Below, one piece after another: positions 50,154-64,000 of a stretch of 64,000 nucleotides of DNA. The notes beneath the pieces are model-generated. The model did not search any database, was not told where the DNA came from, and saw nothing but the letters and a program-made list of their open reading frames with translations. The first letter of the stretch is position 1, and each line of letters opens with the position of its first letter. Source of the DNA: Haliotis rufescens (Eukaryota); assembly GCF_023055435.1 (NCBI RefSeq), contig NW_025964001.1:44516001-44580000 (forward strand). The letters are read 5' to 3'. Both the position numbers and the translations under genes were made by a program.

Positions 50154-53100
50154 CATGCACGTCGCTATTTTTGTGAAATAATCATGGACGCCACCTCAAA
50201 CCCCATTCCACCTCACGCGTGCGTGCGTGCATGAATGCATGTATTCATGTATGTTTACATGTATGTAGCTAGTTATCGTTATTGTTATCGGGATATAACA
50301 ATAGGGGTGCCAATGTAGGTAGACAAAGTACTTAGAGAGCGTATTTGAAATTGCAGGTACACCAGGTAGCTGGAATTCATGTGCTTCTCAGTCTCAGACG
50401 CTGACGTCACCTTCTGCGTCATAACCCCGAGGCGCACTGTTTGCACGGCGTTGTAACTTCATTGGACGCTTCAGAACTACTATTTGCATGCTTCACTTCA
50501 TGTATTGTGTGAAAACATGTTGTATGTTATGTATTCACGCGAATAAATTGATGAAAACCTATTGGCTGAGTATACACAGTAATACGTGTTGATTAAAAGC
50601 AATTTTAGAAGTTTACTAAATGGTAGTATTGAGATATTCAACTACAAATGCCTCAATCATAGTTTGTACGTCAGCTAAATAGTAATCCTACCCCCTCTCT
50701 TTATCGTCCATTTTTTCGTTATTAATGTCTTACAAGCAGATGCTACAAACGACACAAACGCGCTGGGAAGCAACGTCAGGTGAAATGATATCATCTTATG
50801 TTTCATGCAAACCTAGGTAACTATAGCTAATCATTTGTATCAATTCATGTAATCCAAGGACACTGCATCCTATTGTGCAGACATGACCACGTAAGTACAT
50901 TGTATTACATGATATCTGTTTAAAATGTTGACTGCAAATTACAGACGACCGAGGCCTTACTGACGGCGCTTTTGTATTTGCAGATGGTGGTGGAGAGGAT
51001 AGGTAGCGTCCATCCTGACACATTGGAATGATATGAGCGTTCGTAATGATCGCAGTCACGAAAGCTAGATGTCAATGGAACTGTACAGGAGGACATACAA
51101 TTGGTATCCCACTCTCTAACCGAAGCACGTTATACTACACGTTATACATAGGTCGTAAGGTTCGCGACATTGTAAGCATCCAAGCCGGGACAAGTAGATA
51201 GTATGTGCACAATGGGGTCATTGGTCTGTGTAAGCAGAGTCTATAAGCACCTTATGAAGTGTCTGCTTGTCAGAGCGACCCCCCCCTAGATATGAACAGG
51301 TTAGTGTGTGGACATTATCACCAGAATGCATGTTACAGGGCCTCTCTATCATTGTGTTCTATTGTACTGTTTAAATATGAGTGATTACTATGAACATTGT
51401 CAGGATGTAAATGTGAAGGAAAGCGAACCAAGAAACTATAACTTACAGTCAAACACCGTTGTGTCGAACTTTGATGTGTCTAACTTACGGTTGTCTCGAA
51501 GTTAAGCATGGTCCCTGCGTTTTCTTTCTTTATTCATCAGTTTCGATATGAAACTACCTAACCTCGGCACAACGGCGTTTGACTGTATATCAATAAAGAC
51601 AATCTCAGTGGTTACATTTATAGAGCATTAGAATCATGGAATTTCCACAACATTAGGAAATCGTACATATCTTACAAATAGCCATGAATATGTACTTGTA
51701 TGGTCATATATTTATTCTACAAATTGTAGTTATGAATACGTTAAGCTTGCATACGAGTACAAACCACGTGTCCTCATCTGTAAGTGCGTTGTTATCATTT
51801 TATGCAAAACTTTATAACTTAAGCTTCAGGTATATCCAGTATCTGATACAGGGCAAATTTACTTCATCTGATTTACCCACCTGACACAGTGAAACCGCCT
51901 CATTTGTTTCACATTAATAACCTGACAATAAAGATTCAGTAACAAAAATCAAGACCGTAGGACAAGATCGGGACGGATGGCTTCAACTTTCCAAATGAAT
52001 CGAGCAAAGTTATACTCTCTCCGCGAAGAATTCAAGAAGCGTCATACGACTCTTGCTTGAAAGTTGTTTGATCAGGGTTACAACATTTCACGCTATAGTG
52101 AAGCTTTTAAAAAGCAGGACGCATAAGTGACGCATTGGAGGACGCATAAACGACAAAAATGATACCCCATTCACTGGTACAAAATGTTTCCGTGGTAGTG
52201 TTTCAGGCTGAAACCTGATTTCTTTACTGTTTGATATTAATCCAAAAACACTTGATAATGTAGTCGGAATTGTAAAACTGGGGTCTGCTTTTAGCAGAGA
52301 TTTCGTTTAGACTGTGGTAACGGATTTCTCGCTTTTATTTACACCATGTAATACGCCACTTGTATCGCGATATCGAGAACATCAGATCTTCACGGATGGC
52401 TATTGTGTTAAACCCTTATTCTACAAGTACTTGATCACTACACGTTCCTCAAGCTTGTCCATGTTTGTAAAGGTCACAGACACCTGTTATTTTACTTAAT
52501 ATCACAGGGAAACTGTGCTCAGTTGACGCACGTGTTTGTTTATGTACATCATTGTGACATCACGTAATGTTCACAACAAAACATTTCGATATTTTCGTAG
52601 ATATAAGTAAGGCGCTGAACTTATCAATCAACCTTCGTATGTTCTACGGACACACATATTCTTCACAGGCTGTACCACGTGTCGTTCTTAGAGCATAAAG
52701 GGACTGTGTTATTGTCAGTGTAATAAGGGCAAAGAGATTCATCTTCAGAAACCTCCACGTACATTGTAGCTCTGTGTCACGGAGCTGGTGGTATCCACCC
52801 TTCCTCGATATAACGCCAACAGGTCAAATAAAAACTGTCATCAACAGCTTATGTTAGCTTAAATTTTCAGATCTGCCGCAGTGACCTAACCATGAATAAT
52901 ATACTACATATAGGATACTAATTTATACTATGCGCAATGTAATCGCGTTATGGAAGAATATTATGTAAAGAAATGCAAACAAAAAACAGGATGACAGTGC
53001 GTTTCTTTATGAATAGGGTCTGGGGTGTATATCAAGTACAAGAAGATAACGACATCCATGGTTGAACTCGCAAGATGAAAATGAACAATGATGTTGAATG

Positions 53101-53479
53101 TAGTTAATTTCAATCTTAAATTTCAACCATAAACAGGTGAACACAAATTCTCCCCTTTCTCACATGAGACAAAAAGAAAAAAACGTTTTGTAGCCACAGA
53201 TTTCTTCATGGAACATGAATTATTCATATTAAATCATATCATTAACCAGTAACGATCATTCAAGAGAAGGAAAAGATATTGTAAAAATATAGTAATTTTA
53301 TCGGTTATATTTCAGCTGTATATATTCTCAAAAGGAAGTAGGGGATCATGATATATAATTTTACTGCCATGGACTGCCACTCCGTGCCTGTGGGTAAGGG
53401 GTCATTCTTGATTTTGACACTTAAGCGAAAGTTCGTTAAATCGCTCTCATTAGTACTTGTGATCAGATTGGGAATGCGT

Positions 53480-54230
53480 CGTCAACAAGTGATGAACGCC
53501 TGAGGGCTACTGGCATGCTTCAAAGCGACAGAAGGAAGCCAGAATGTCTAAAGTGTCTCAGTCTGTGATTTGCAAACATTGGAACAGGTTTCTGAGGTTA
53601 CGAACTGTTCATGATCGTCCCCCGTACAGAGCGCCCTGGTCAACAATATAAGCAACAAAATAAGCTGTAAGAAAACGAGACAAAACAGCCAACCAATTCG
53701 CTATTCACTTGCCTCAGGCCACCAGAGTTCAAGTTCTAGTTAGCTAATCTTCATGCTCCGCAACCGCGCGTTTAACCACCGTTCATACATCGACACATTC
53801 TAGCCAGACGTCAATGGTGTTACAGCGTAGAAACTGGGGGAATCACCGATGGTCTGGTGTATTGTTTTCAGATGAGTCGCACTGGGCTTTCTGGATAGGC
53901 GTGGACGTGTCTGCAGGCGTACAAAGTACGTCATGCGAACGTCAGCTTAAGACAACATGACATATATAGGGGCTGTGTCTGTAATGACATGCTGGTCCAC
54001 GCTTTCTGTCTCAAGACGATAACGGTCGTGCGCACCGTGCACGTATCGAAACTGACTACCTCTTGCAGCAAAACATCACCAGCATGCAAGGATGAAACCT
54101 GAGTCCTGACCTTTCACCCACAGAGCATGTCTGGGACATTATCCGCACACGTGTACGACAACGTCAAAGGCCATCTACGTAAGCTGATCTAGGCCAGACG
54201 CTGCAAGAGGAGTAAACAAGACTCCATGCA
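53480..54230 (+). mobile_element. Degenerate Tc1-like transposase remnant
   Basis: Fragments VFSDESH (about 53863), QDDNGRAHRAR (about 54012) and SPDLSP..EHVWD (about 54103-54137), with frameshifts. Confidence 0.7.
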
Positions 54231-57200
54231 ATTGTCGTTTTGGGGAACGTAGTTTGTACTGAGATTACAAGCCCGGACAATTGAATAACGTACGGGGAAA
54301 TGCTATACAATCAGAAAACAATCATCATACATTTAATACTGCATTACAAAGTGTGTGTTTTTATCTAAAAATGTTTACTCGCTATTATTATACATTTGGG
54401 TAACTGTTTCCGCAACTGATGGGTTTCATCCGACACCTGAGTTAATTATGTACTGCAGTCTAATCAATTTTAAAGTTTAAGGTAAAGCATGGAGGTAGAC
54501 AGGAAATGTATTTTAAAGCCACAATGAACAATATTCAAATTATATCACTGAAGATCATTGAGTCTGAATGAATGAACGCCATCTGGGTACGACGGCGCCC
54601 AGTCAGGTGACAGAGCCTGACTGGTCACCTGGTCTTTTTCGTAGTACGGTGTACGGGTTAGGATGTTCTCACTAATAATATCCAAATGGTATCTAATAAC
54701 ATCGACCATAGACTATTCCCTTTATAGACTATAAGAATAGATAACGTACAGATCCTTCAAATATGTTCATACACGGTTCAGTGGCGTTTGGGAATAAACT
54801 TGCACGTTCACACTGCATGTTTGAGATCAGTTGACTGAGGCGCATAAGTGGTAGATATCCCTATACTACTGCATATCTTCAAACACAGGAGATTCGTTTG
54901 CATCGAATCTGTTTTGCCACACGTGTAGAGTTGGCCCGAGGACCTCTCCCGTAATTCAACGCTTGACTGACCAAGCATTACCAGATTTCCCATTGTAAAC
55001 GAACGACGAATTTATATAGTTTTGCAATACTGAAAGGATACAGCTTGAGATAGAACATTTAAACAGCTCAGAGGTACATGTACATACGCATTTTGGATAA
55101 GACTTGTTTGTGTCTACACACCTGATTTGGAATTGAGTTTGATACTTTAGGGAACGATGTCCTTTAACAACTTGTTTAGGGTATGTTGTATACTGCTATT
55201 CAACGTGTTACCCCTCACAGAAGGCAATGGCTGCATTGTTGATAACCTACTCATTCAGCCCAACTTCGACCTTGATAAGGTAAGTAATATTTGATCTACA
55301 TCTTCTTTATGCGTTCCTGTTACTGCTTAGAGGCACATGCTTGTATCTTTTTATTTCTGTATATTATGCATTTAACATTTTGACACACACATGAGAAACC
55401 TCTGTACACTAATACACTGACTGTACAAATTATAAATGACGTTTGCCTTTTGCAATCAAGTTATGGTTGTCGTCACTGTGTGTTGACGTTCACTTGTGAT
55501 ATTGTAGTGGAAGTGCTAGTTAATAGGTCTTCCCAAAATAATCGCATTATGCAACACATTGTAACTCAGACATTGTCAGGTACAATAAACATTTGAATTT
55601 GATCTCGCTGAATTCGGATCACGGCGGAAGCCTGCAGATCATCACCAGCAGTCGATTAAGCCTTCGTCACTGGCATGAGGCAATTTGAACGTCACTGTCT
55701 GAATGTAAATAAATCTATGAGGCCACTGGGTGAACGAATTTAGGATTCTGTAACCAGTGACGGACAACATAGTCGACGTGTTTTTAATGAATCCGTTACC
55801 ATCAGACAGCAGAATATCGAGAAACGCCGGGTCGATGCTCGCGGTCCTTCGAATTCCCCTGAGTGGGGTAGAGGCGACAATGTGCGGATCTTTCTAATAT
55901 ATGATGGGCCTTGCATCAAAGCGTTGTGACAGTGACTCCCGGTTTTCAATGTGAAATATCCGTGTATCCAGCACAGAATAACAAGCAGAAATCTCTACGC
56001 AAATAGCAAACAGAGAAGCCAAAGAAACTATACCAGTCAGATTCTATCATATGTTTGATTTTCGATTGAATATATCTTACGTTAGCGATATAATCTTATC
56101 TTTGAAAATCAATAAGTTTTTTTTCTTCAGCACATATTTACAACATTTCAAACATGGTAGGGGTCATGTGGTTGCAAATTCAGTTATTACTTCATTTATT
56201 ACTAAGTCTTCATTGAACCAAATTACTTTTACACGAAAATTACCCAGCCACGGATTACTTTTTACAAACTGTTGCAGGGATGAGTTGAGGTTACATAGGC
56301 ATAATCAAATTTAACACCAGTTCTATCAATATGAACAATAACATAAAATTACAAAGTTGGTATATTTACTTTTCGCCCTCAGTATATGTGTCACCATTGT
56401 AAACGAAAAATATTATCCGCAGCATTCTCTCTTTCTACATGCACTCAAACGACAGATGTGACGTCATTTTGGTTTGTCATGACGTCATATTCTTCAATGA
56501 ATTTGTTCTGAGAATGCAGAGAGGGGTTCTTCAGTACTAACAAGGTTCGATAACCATCCGTGAAACTCGATATATAATGAATATTTTTTTCAATAGACTA
56601 TTACAGCGAAAAATATACTTATTTAGACGGGTTTCGGGATTTACGTTCCATATAACAGCTTTTGTCAACAAATCAGACTGCGGCAAACAAGTATTTATAT
56701 GATCACACATGCCAATCTCATCTATGTTGCAGTACGTAGGCAAATGGTATGCATATCAGTGGCATACTCCGGCATACTATTCGCCAGAAGAAAGGTTTAA
56801 TGACTATTACCACAACTACATTCAAACAACGAGTGGCAACATTACGAACTACATAAACGGACGGTAAGACATGGGAGTACAATACTTCCTTTGAAGTAAC
56901 GTTAATGTGCATGCATATTCCTTCCTCAACACCGCCTATAAGTAAATTTAGTTATAAGTATTTTGCCAAGTTACCCTTGAAACCGTTTGAACAGTATTTG
57001 CATCTATTAGGTCACGGCACGAGGGAATGCTAAATACTAAAGATAACCACTCTGTAAAATCCCCGGATAGGATGTAGGTGATATTCATGAGCCGAGAATC
57101 ACAATCTGGGTGAGTGAGTGGGTGGGTTGGTGGGTGGGTGGTCAGCTTTTGAAATCTACATTAATGTGGTATGAAACAGTATTGGCAAGCATTGATCTGA

Positions 57201-57424
57201 TGCGATACATTTTAATATTGATACCCGTTTATGTTTATGTTTTAGAGTATTGACATATGCACATTCCTAACAACTATTTCACAATCTCTTTCAGTGATCC
57301 AACAACCCCGGATGGGAAATGTTCTTTCATGAGTTACAATCTCTACCCAACCAATAGTCCTGGGAAACTCATCTACACATGGAAGAGTAAGAATCTGCAG
57401 TAGGCCCACCATGACATATTGGTC

Positions 57425-57662
57425 AGGTGAAATGGGGTTTAATATAACGTCGCGTTCAAGATTATAACGCTTATAAAGCGACGGGCGTGTGTGTCTGTTT
57501 GTACTAGTCCGGACTTATGCCGATTTTATAGTGCTAGCCCATTGAGATACCATGCCACATTTTAACTTGAATACCCCATTTAGACACAATATACTTGGAG
57601 CTGACCAGTACTTGTTTTATCCCCTTAATGCCGAGCGCCAGGCAGGGTAAACACACGTACCA
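57425..57662 (-). mobile_element. SINE family 2, 5'-truncated
   Basis: Reverse-complement similarity to 16330-16590. Confidence 0.75.
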
Positions 57663-58215
57663 TCTATTTATCGCCACACTAAACCCCATTTCACCTCACC
57701 TGCTTACTCGAGTGTGAGGAACGATTAGGCAACTGAATCATGTCAGTGAATTTATGTGTCGTGAGGTCGGACGAGGAGGAAACTTCAGTTGATAACCGGA
57801 TTTCTATGTATGCAGGCTGTTAACAGGCTTGTAGGTCTCAGAACGTAGCTTATGCTGATTTGTGTCTTTCAAAATGTTTCAGAAGATCGTTGTTACTGTT
57901 ACTCGGCGGCTCAAATATGAAATATGAAATAGGCTATTTCATTATTTACAAACCCTTTCGATGCTCCGAAACGTTTAGCATTAAGATTGTTATATATCGC
58001 TCGCATAATACGAAGGTATTTGTTGAAGAAACCGCATTATGTAAGGTGAATCCTTGATGGCGGGTCTCAGTGAAAGTTATTGGGAGGTATATGTGTCACT
58101 CGCGGGGTGTTGGAGATTTTACGAGGTGTATACCTCGTAACCAAAAGGTCGTTGGGTGTACAAGTTTGTTATTCTCATAACATCCCATACACCCTGCAGG
58201 TGACATCATCATCAT

Positions 58216-58740
58216 CATAACCTGATCTTTTGATAAATCCAACGAAATCATGTATATCATTGAATTTTCTGTCCCTTTTGACACTAATGTGATTGAGGAA
58301 TTGAGAAATTGAGGAAATCCATGGATAATATGTGGATCTCGCTTTCGAAATGTCACGCTTGCATCCCAAGTACCAAGTTGTCCGACTCCCCGTTGTTCTC
58401 GGTGCCTTAGGTATGGTACCTCCCAATCTGTTGACTGACATTGGGAGAGCATCCGGGTTTGCTACCAGGAAAACAGCCCTTCTGACAATCTGGGTAATGC
58501 AGAAGGCTGCAGTGTTGGGGAGTCTTCACATTCTCCGAAAAGTTCTGGATGGGTTTGACCAGGCAGCGCTTCCTGGGAGAAGTCCGATTCGCTGTCTGGC
58601 CTGTGTGTAGAGGGGGCAAGGGCCCTGAGCTGATAATGAGCCTAACCAGTCTGACAGTGCCAGGATCACCCAAACCTTCTTTGTTGCCTTTTTTTTTTTA
58701 ATTTGTAAATAATACTAATAATACCACTACTAATAAGAAT
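58216..58740 (+). mobile_element. 5'-truncated RLE non-LTR retrotransposon (R4/Dong-like) 3' end in intron 3 of lipocalin B
   Basis: IIEFSVPFDTNV..DLAFEMSRL..PVVLGALG..MQKAAVLGSLHILRKVL is a restriction-like endonuclease C-terminus. It is followed by a short UTR and a TAA-rich tract. Confidence 0.75.
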
Positions 58741-59298
58741 TTGTGACAAGAAGGACTAACTTTGTAACCGCCATCGGATTCTCAGCATGGATACTAATGC
58801 TTCAGAATTTGTTGGGAATGAACTTGTGCACTTTTCTTAAAGAGCGAGAATTTCCGTATTGGGTGTTGGAAACAGACTACACTCAATACGCTTTCGTCTA
58901 TGGCTGTTACAATGTCTCCGCTGACGGAACCTGCGATGAGGCCCAAGCATGGATCTGGAGCTGAACACCGACGTTTCCACAGGTTATAATGGACAAAGCT
59001 CCGTCCTTCTACAACAGAACCTGCCTTCCATCCTCTACCTTCCTGAAAACAAAACAAGAAAAGGGTAACTAGTTTTACTGGACTCACGATGGTTTGACAA
59101 TGTATAGCAACATAACATGACGTGATAGGAAACTGACAATTGGTATTTTCCCTGAATTAAAAGGTAGAATACGCGTGTGGTTGCACAACGATAAACGCAC
59201 ACGGCAGTAATTTCAAACGACCATTCATGCGACCAAATATACACACTAATATTACTGATAATAATGCACGGCTCTGTCTTAAATCCACTGAATATGTA

Positions 59299-59318
59299 TG
59301 TGTGCGTGTGTGTGAGTA

Positions 59319-59407
<89 letters not shown>

Positions 59408-59490
59408 ATGTCAGTGGGTTTAACATAAAGCCCTATATGTACACACACACACACACACTCACACACACACACTCACACACACACACACAC
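59299..59490. repeat. (TG)n followed by (CA)n microsatellites, forming an inverted pair
   Basis: TG run at 59299-59404 and CA run at 59441-59489. Confidence 0.95.
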
Positions 59491-61115
59491 TCGAAGGTAA
59501 GTAAACAGTACTACGTGTATATAAATCGTATGTAGATCATATGCCCACACACAATGCCAGCACAATGCAATGTATGTACAGTTTGGTTCTTCATAATATT
59601 TACAAAAGTATCAGATTGGTACGTAGATATTATTGACTATATATATGTTGTCAAAATACTCGTCCTTATATACATACATAAAGAAATGTATATGGATACT
59701 TTGTCTCAACATAAACACACAGTTGCTTAACGAAATACTTTAACTCTGCGCATGGTGTTTGTGGGGTAATATTATTTGTAATTCATGTTATACCCTGATA
59801 TGTTACAATTCCTGTTATAAGACACTCGCTCTGATTCCAGAATAATTATTTATGAACATAGACCCTTTACTCCCTTTTTAATATGATGTGACATGGTCTT
59901 CTTGACTCAACATGATCATTCCTTCCCTTGCTCTCGATAGAATGCAGTGCACCTGCCCAGTACAGGACTTCGCCAGAACAAAGCTGCCAGGTCTCGGATG
60001 TACCGATACAATTGGACTTCGACATGAAACTGGTTAGTGGCAAATACGTATTTTTGTTATACCTCTTTTTAAAATCTCGCAATTACTTTGGTTAATCCAT
60101 ACCACGAGACGAAACAACACATTTCAATGTAGACACCGAAATCATGTGACTGACACTGACCTCATCACATGATCAGTATTGAACTGTCACATGCCTGGGG
60201 CCTCAGTCCGGTCAGACCACCTCAGGCGTCGGGCCCTCGGGTCCTTGTGTTCGCATGTTGACCTCGTGAAGAGTCATTATTTGTAAAGTAATGATGCCTC
60301 CTACAAACATTGTAATAGTATGCCATACCCAAACGCTGTTCTGCTTCATTGCAATACTTTCTCTGAAACACACACCACATAGTACCATAACTACATGGAA
60401 GTAATCTGAATATCACGATGACCATGACTCACACTGTGACCTTTGTGTCTTGCAGTTTAATGGTACCTGGTATGAGATGCAGTGGCTGGCACAGATGTTC
60501 TTCCCTGCATCTGAGTTGTTCCAGGATTACCAGCACGAGTACATCATCCAAGAAGACGGATCGCTGAAGGGGTACATCAAAGGCAGGTGAGAACAACGCA
60601 GTTTGGAATAAATAAAGTTATATTTAGGCTCCAAAATACCCCACTTTGCTCAGTTAATAATTTGTTTAAATATACAGATTATTTAATATTTACAACTATT
60701 ACAAAAAAATCATAAAAATACTTCGGGTGCAGTCGAAAATGGGTATCAATTGTTGTTATTATGTCTATGTTATCATGGCTTATGAAAAATGTCTCTTAAA
60801 TCAAAATTGTATAAAAGTCACAACATCCATAAATATAAATCAGTATTGGCGTCATCAAAATGAAGGATGTTTCAAATTAGGAGAGATCTTTGGTCCTGTA
60901 AAATGTTTGTGGTACATATTCGAATTGTTCATTCCCAGGACCGATAAGGGGTGTTTCTACAGACAAGTATCGCTCACGTCATCTGAAACTCCTGGGAAAC
61001 TACATTTCAACCTCACAGAAGGAGGTTCAGGTACGAAACACACAAAAATATTTCAGATACAAGTTTATCAGCATGTGTATGTTATTTACCCAGGCCTGAA
61101 TTAAAGACGTTTCTT

Positions 61116-61316
61116 NNNNNNNNNNNNNNNNNNNNNNNNNNNNNNNNNNNNNNNNNNNNNNNNNNNNNNNNNNNNNNNNNNNNNNNNNNNNNNNNNNNNN
61201 NNNNNNNNNNNNNNNNNNNNNNNNNNNNNNNNNNNNNNNNNNNNNNNNNNNNNNNNNNNNNNNNNNNNNNNNNNNNNNNNNNNNNNNNNNNNNNNNNNNN
61301 NNNNNNNNNNNNNNNN
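61116..61316. other. Assembly gap (N run)
   Basis: 201 N. Confidence 1.
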
Positions 61317-61319
61317 AAC

Positions 61320-61560
61320 AGTTTCCTACTGCATATAAATTATCCTACTGCATTAAAATGTTATTTACTTGATTGTTTGTAATGGATGCAATGAAAAGTA
61401 TATCGGAAATAAATTAAAAAGAAGAATGAAACTTCACCGTTCACAAATAAAGCAGCCACACAACCGCAGGATTCCACTCAGTGAACATTTAGATACATGT
61501 GGAAGCGGCAACTTGATAGTTTACCCGCTTTATAAGCTAAATATTGTTAATGAACCTTAA
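61320..61560 (+). mobile_element. Penelope-like element GIY-YIG endonuclease fragment
   Basis: FYLIVCNGCNEKYIG..LKRRMKLHRSQI..PLSEHLDTC. It abuts an assembly gap. Confidence 0.75.
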
Positions 61561-64000
61561 TTCTACCATAAATTTGGATTTTACTCGATTCTGATTGGTC
61601 AATCAGAGGCTATTAAATCACAATAAACCCCCTCTGATTGAAACAGCTGGTTTGACGGCCGCATCACCGCGGAAGCTAATATTCATAGAATAGCTCTATT
61701 TTCAGTCATTGTCGGTAGGCATATTTAAATAACTATATCTACAATTACAGGTTACAAAATGCACAGATGCAGTTACTACAATATTCAAATGATGTGTGGC
61801 AATACATTTCGTGCAGAAAAACACGACAGAAATCAACAAAGGGAATGTATTTACGTTTTGGAGACAACAGAGAGCTTGAGATTTTGGCGCTTTTCTATAT
61901 ACGACTGTGACGTCATATCTTTTGCGTCACAATGAGCGATATGACGTCATAATGGTACGCGCGATGTAGAGCGGATGCCTTGCAAAACTTGCTTTGTTTT
62001 CTTTAGGGATGCCCACCTCATGTTAGCTTACCAAGTTGCCGTGCTTATATGCTTTCAATGCCTGTCATATGTTCGAGTGAAGTATTACGGTGTAAACAAA
62101 CTGCTTGAGTATATACAGCACCATATTTTGTTCGGTGATTCCGTAATTCAGATCGATAACCCACTCAAAACACTGAAAACAACCCATGCCGCTTCACTCA
62201 GTGTATTTGCTAACACCAAAGAGTTCGCGTTTTATTTAGTCATGGTAGAACCGCGCTAAATTTAACATTTGAAACCTCACGCTGCGCGTTCGGTTCCAAA
62301 TTCAATTTAGCGGGGGTAAATCTACAGGTAACCTAGCTCTACATTGAAAACACAGTAGGTTTATCTCCTAATTATTTACAAAAGTGCAACATTTCATTCA
62401 TAAATAGGCGCCAAAGTTAAATGTAAAGGCGTAAGTTATTTGTCCATTGTCTCCTTGGTATTATGACGTCATAGTTCTCCTAAATGTTATGACGTCACGT
62501 AACTATATGTTACAAATTCATGTCCGTTATTCAGTTATGGCCTGATGAGACTCATATATATTATTTGCCCAGCTTACTATCCATACTGGATCGTCGATAC
62601 CGACTACGACAACTACGCTGTCATGTACGGCTGTCTGAACGTGAGCACAAGCGGAAACTGCACAGCTGCTAGATCCACTGTATGGAGTCGCCGCGAGTCT
62701 CTGGCTCCACGTTTCCAGTACCGCGCCAACACCATCGTCCAGAATCTGTGTGTGAACCCTGCAGCGTTCTTACTGACGTCACAAAAGAACGGTAAATGTG
62801 CCATTAATGTTTCTCAGTGGCATTAACCACTTTATTTATCCTGTCACAAGTCGAAACATATTTTTAAAATGAAACGTTAATGGGCTTGTTTTTCATCTTA
62901 TGCAACATATGTATCATGTAGGTGTCCATTTTAATATGGACATGGTCGTCGCGAAGTGTATAATGATTGTCGTTTCTTCCAACAGCCTGCGCATCATGTT
63001 ACAAGCAGCCATGTGGAACAGGTAAGCTGTGTTACTACTTCTAACCTCAATGAATGTGAGGGGATTATTGTGAAATATAACGTATTAATTAAGCAGGCCC
63101 CTGTAATGTCTTTGCTCGAACAAAATCGCCGCCAAAGGTTTTCTCAATCACGCACTTATGCTAGATGTTCGATTTTTTTTTATGTGCCTACTATATACGC
63201 CTGAGGAATCGTTCTGGCGTACCATTAGGTGCTATTGAAGGTCAAAGTACCTAAGTATGAACAAGGCGTAAAATAAACCTCGCTTTCTCATAGTGACTAT
63301 TTGTGTTTTAATTATCTCACATAAGCTTATGGCGAGATTCGTATCAGGTCATTTGTGGTCATATTATGAAACGTGGCTCAAATTTCAGAAAACTTCGGTT
63401 TAATTAAGGAAAACCAATTTTCGGATCAGATAAGATACGCCCTAAAGTCAAACCCTATCATATATTATGGTTATGTAAAATGCCAATGTCACTTGAGGGT
63501 CAAATAGTGTCAGTATTGTATGGAGACATATATTTGTAGCGACACATACAACTGCAATTAGAAATGTTTCGCAACATCGTGATTGAAAGGATTACTCAAA
63601 AGTTCACTCAAAAGTGGACGTTCAAACAAGCAATTCTTCACAGTATTTAAAGTATTATATTATAATCTGAATTTGACGAAGTGTAATGTACATGATGCAG
63701 TGTGACAAACTTGAGGAGTCCTTGATAAACCAATAGGCTTCCATATAGTTAGTCTTTAAACATATATGAGATAGTTTTACGCTATTTGTGCGACGATAAC
63801 ATTCTGCCTATCGATGGCAGAAAATGTATAAGCGGGTTCTTGTAAGATCCGTCATGGAGACGAGCCTTGTTATACTTGTTTGTCATTGCCAGAAAGCACT
63901 GTTGTTTATTTACCTATCATTTGTTGCAGAAACTGGTGGAGGAGCTACATACACCGCCGACAGCCAGCTGTTGATATTTGCAGTAACTGTTTTGTTGTCC

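Larger units (their letters stand above)
55157..64000 (+). pseudogene. Tandem two-domain lipocalin B (ApoD/Lazarillo-like, GPI-like tail) with an in-frame TGA at 58962-58964; runs off the right edge
   Basis: Exons 55157-55279, 56733-56863, 57295-57386, 58843-59064, 59941-60032, 60456-60586, 60939-61030, 62573-62791, 62986-63021, 63930->64000, with the same phases as gene A. It reads WIWS* where the paralog has WIWSR. The last exon is ETGGGATYTADSQLLIFAVTVLLS. Gene identity is solid; pseudogene versus null allele or sequence error is unresolved. Confidence 0.8.

Noticed and set aside
58962-58964. TGA as selenocysteine
   Set aside because: It aligns to a conserved Arg rather than Cys, and no SECIS can be assessed within the window.
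59035-59535. His-Thr / Cys-Val repeat ORFs (also 43617-43902)
   Set aside because: These are translations of TG/CA microsatellites.

Overview
This is AT-rich, intron-rich animal genomic DNA. The SINE repertoire and gene content suggest a mollusc, possibly an abalone-like gastropod (inference). I assembled spliced gene models by hand and checked exon phases. Left to right: (1) a probable first exon of an unidentified gene running off the left edge; (2) two tandem minus-strand IFI44/IFI44L-like genes (TLDc + P-loop GTPase), each with an ISRE/IRF-type motif upstream; (3) an apparently intact 8.9-kb EnSpm/CACTA (CMC) transposon (CACTG termini, 2-bp TSD) with a zinc-finger transposase and a spliced SAMD3-like accessory gene; (4) two head-to-head 10-exon genes encoding secreted tandem two-domain ApoD/Lazarillo-type lipocalins with GPI-like tails, the plus-strand copy carrying a premature TGA; (5) inside intron 5 of the minus-strand lipocalin, a 12.35-kb CACTG element (44-bp perfect TIRs, CCG TSD) with no recognisable transposase but with spliced, unidentified cargo exons. 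There are also many SINEs, mariner/Tc1, Penelope and R4/Dong remnants, tandem repeats and two assembly gaps. Family assignments come from motif recognition only; no database searches were run.
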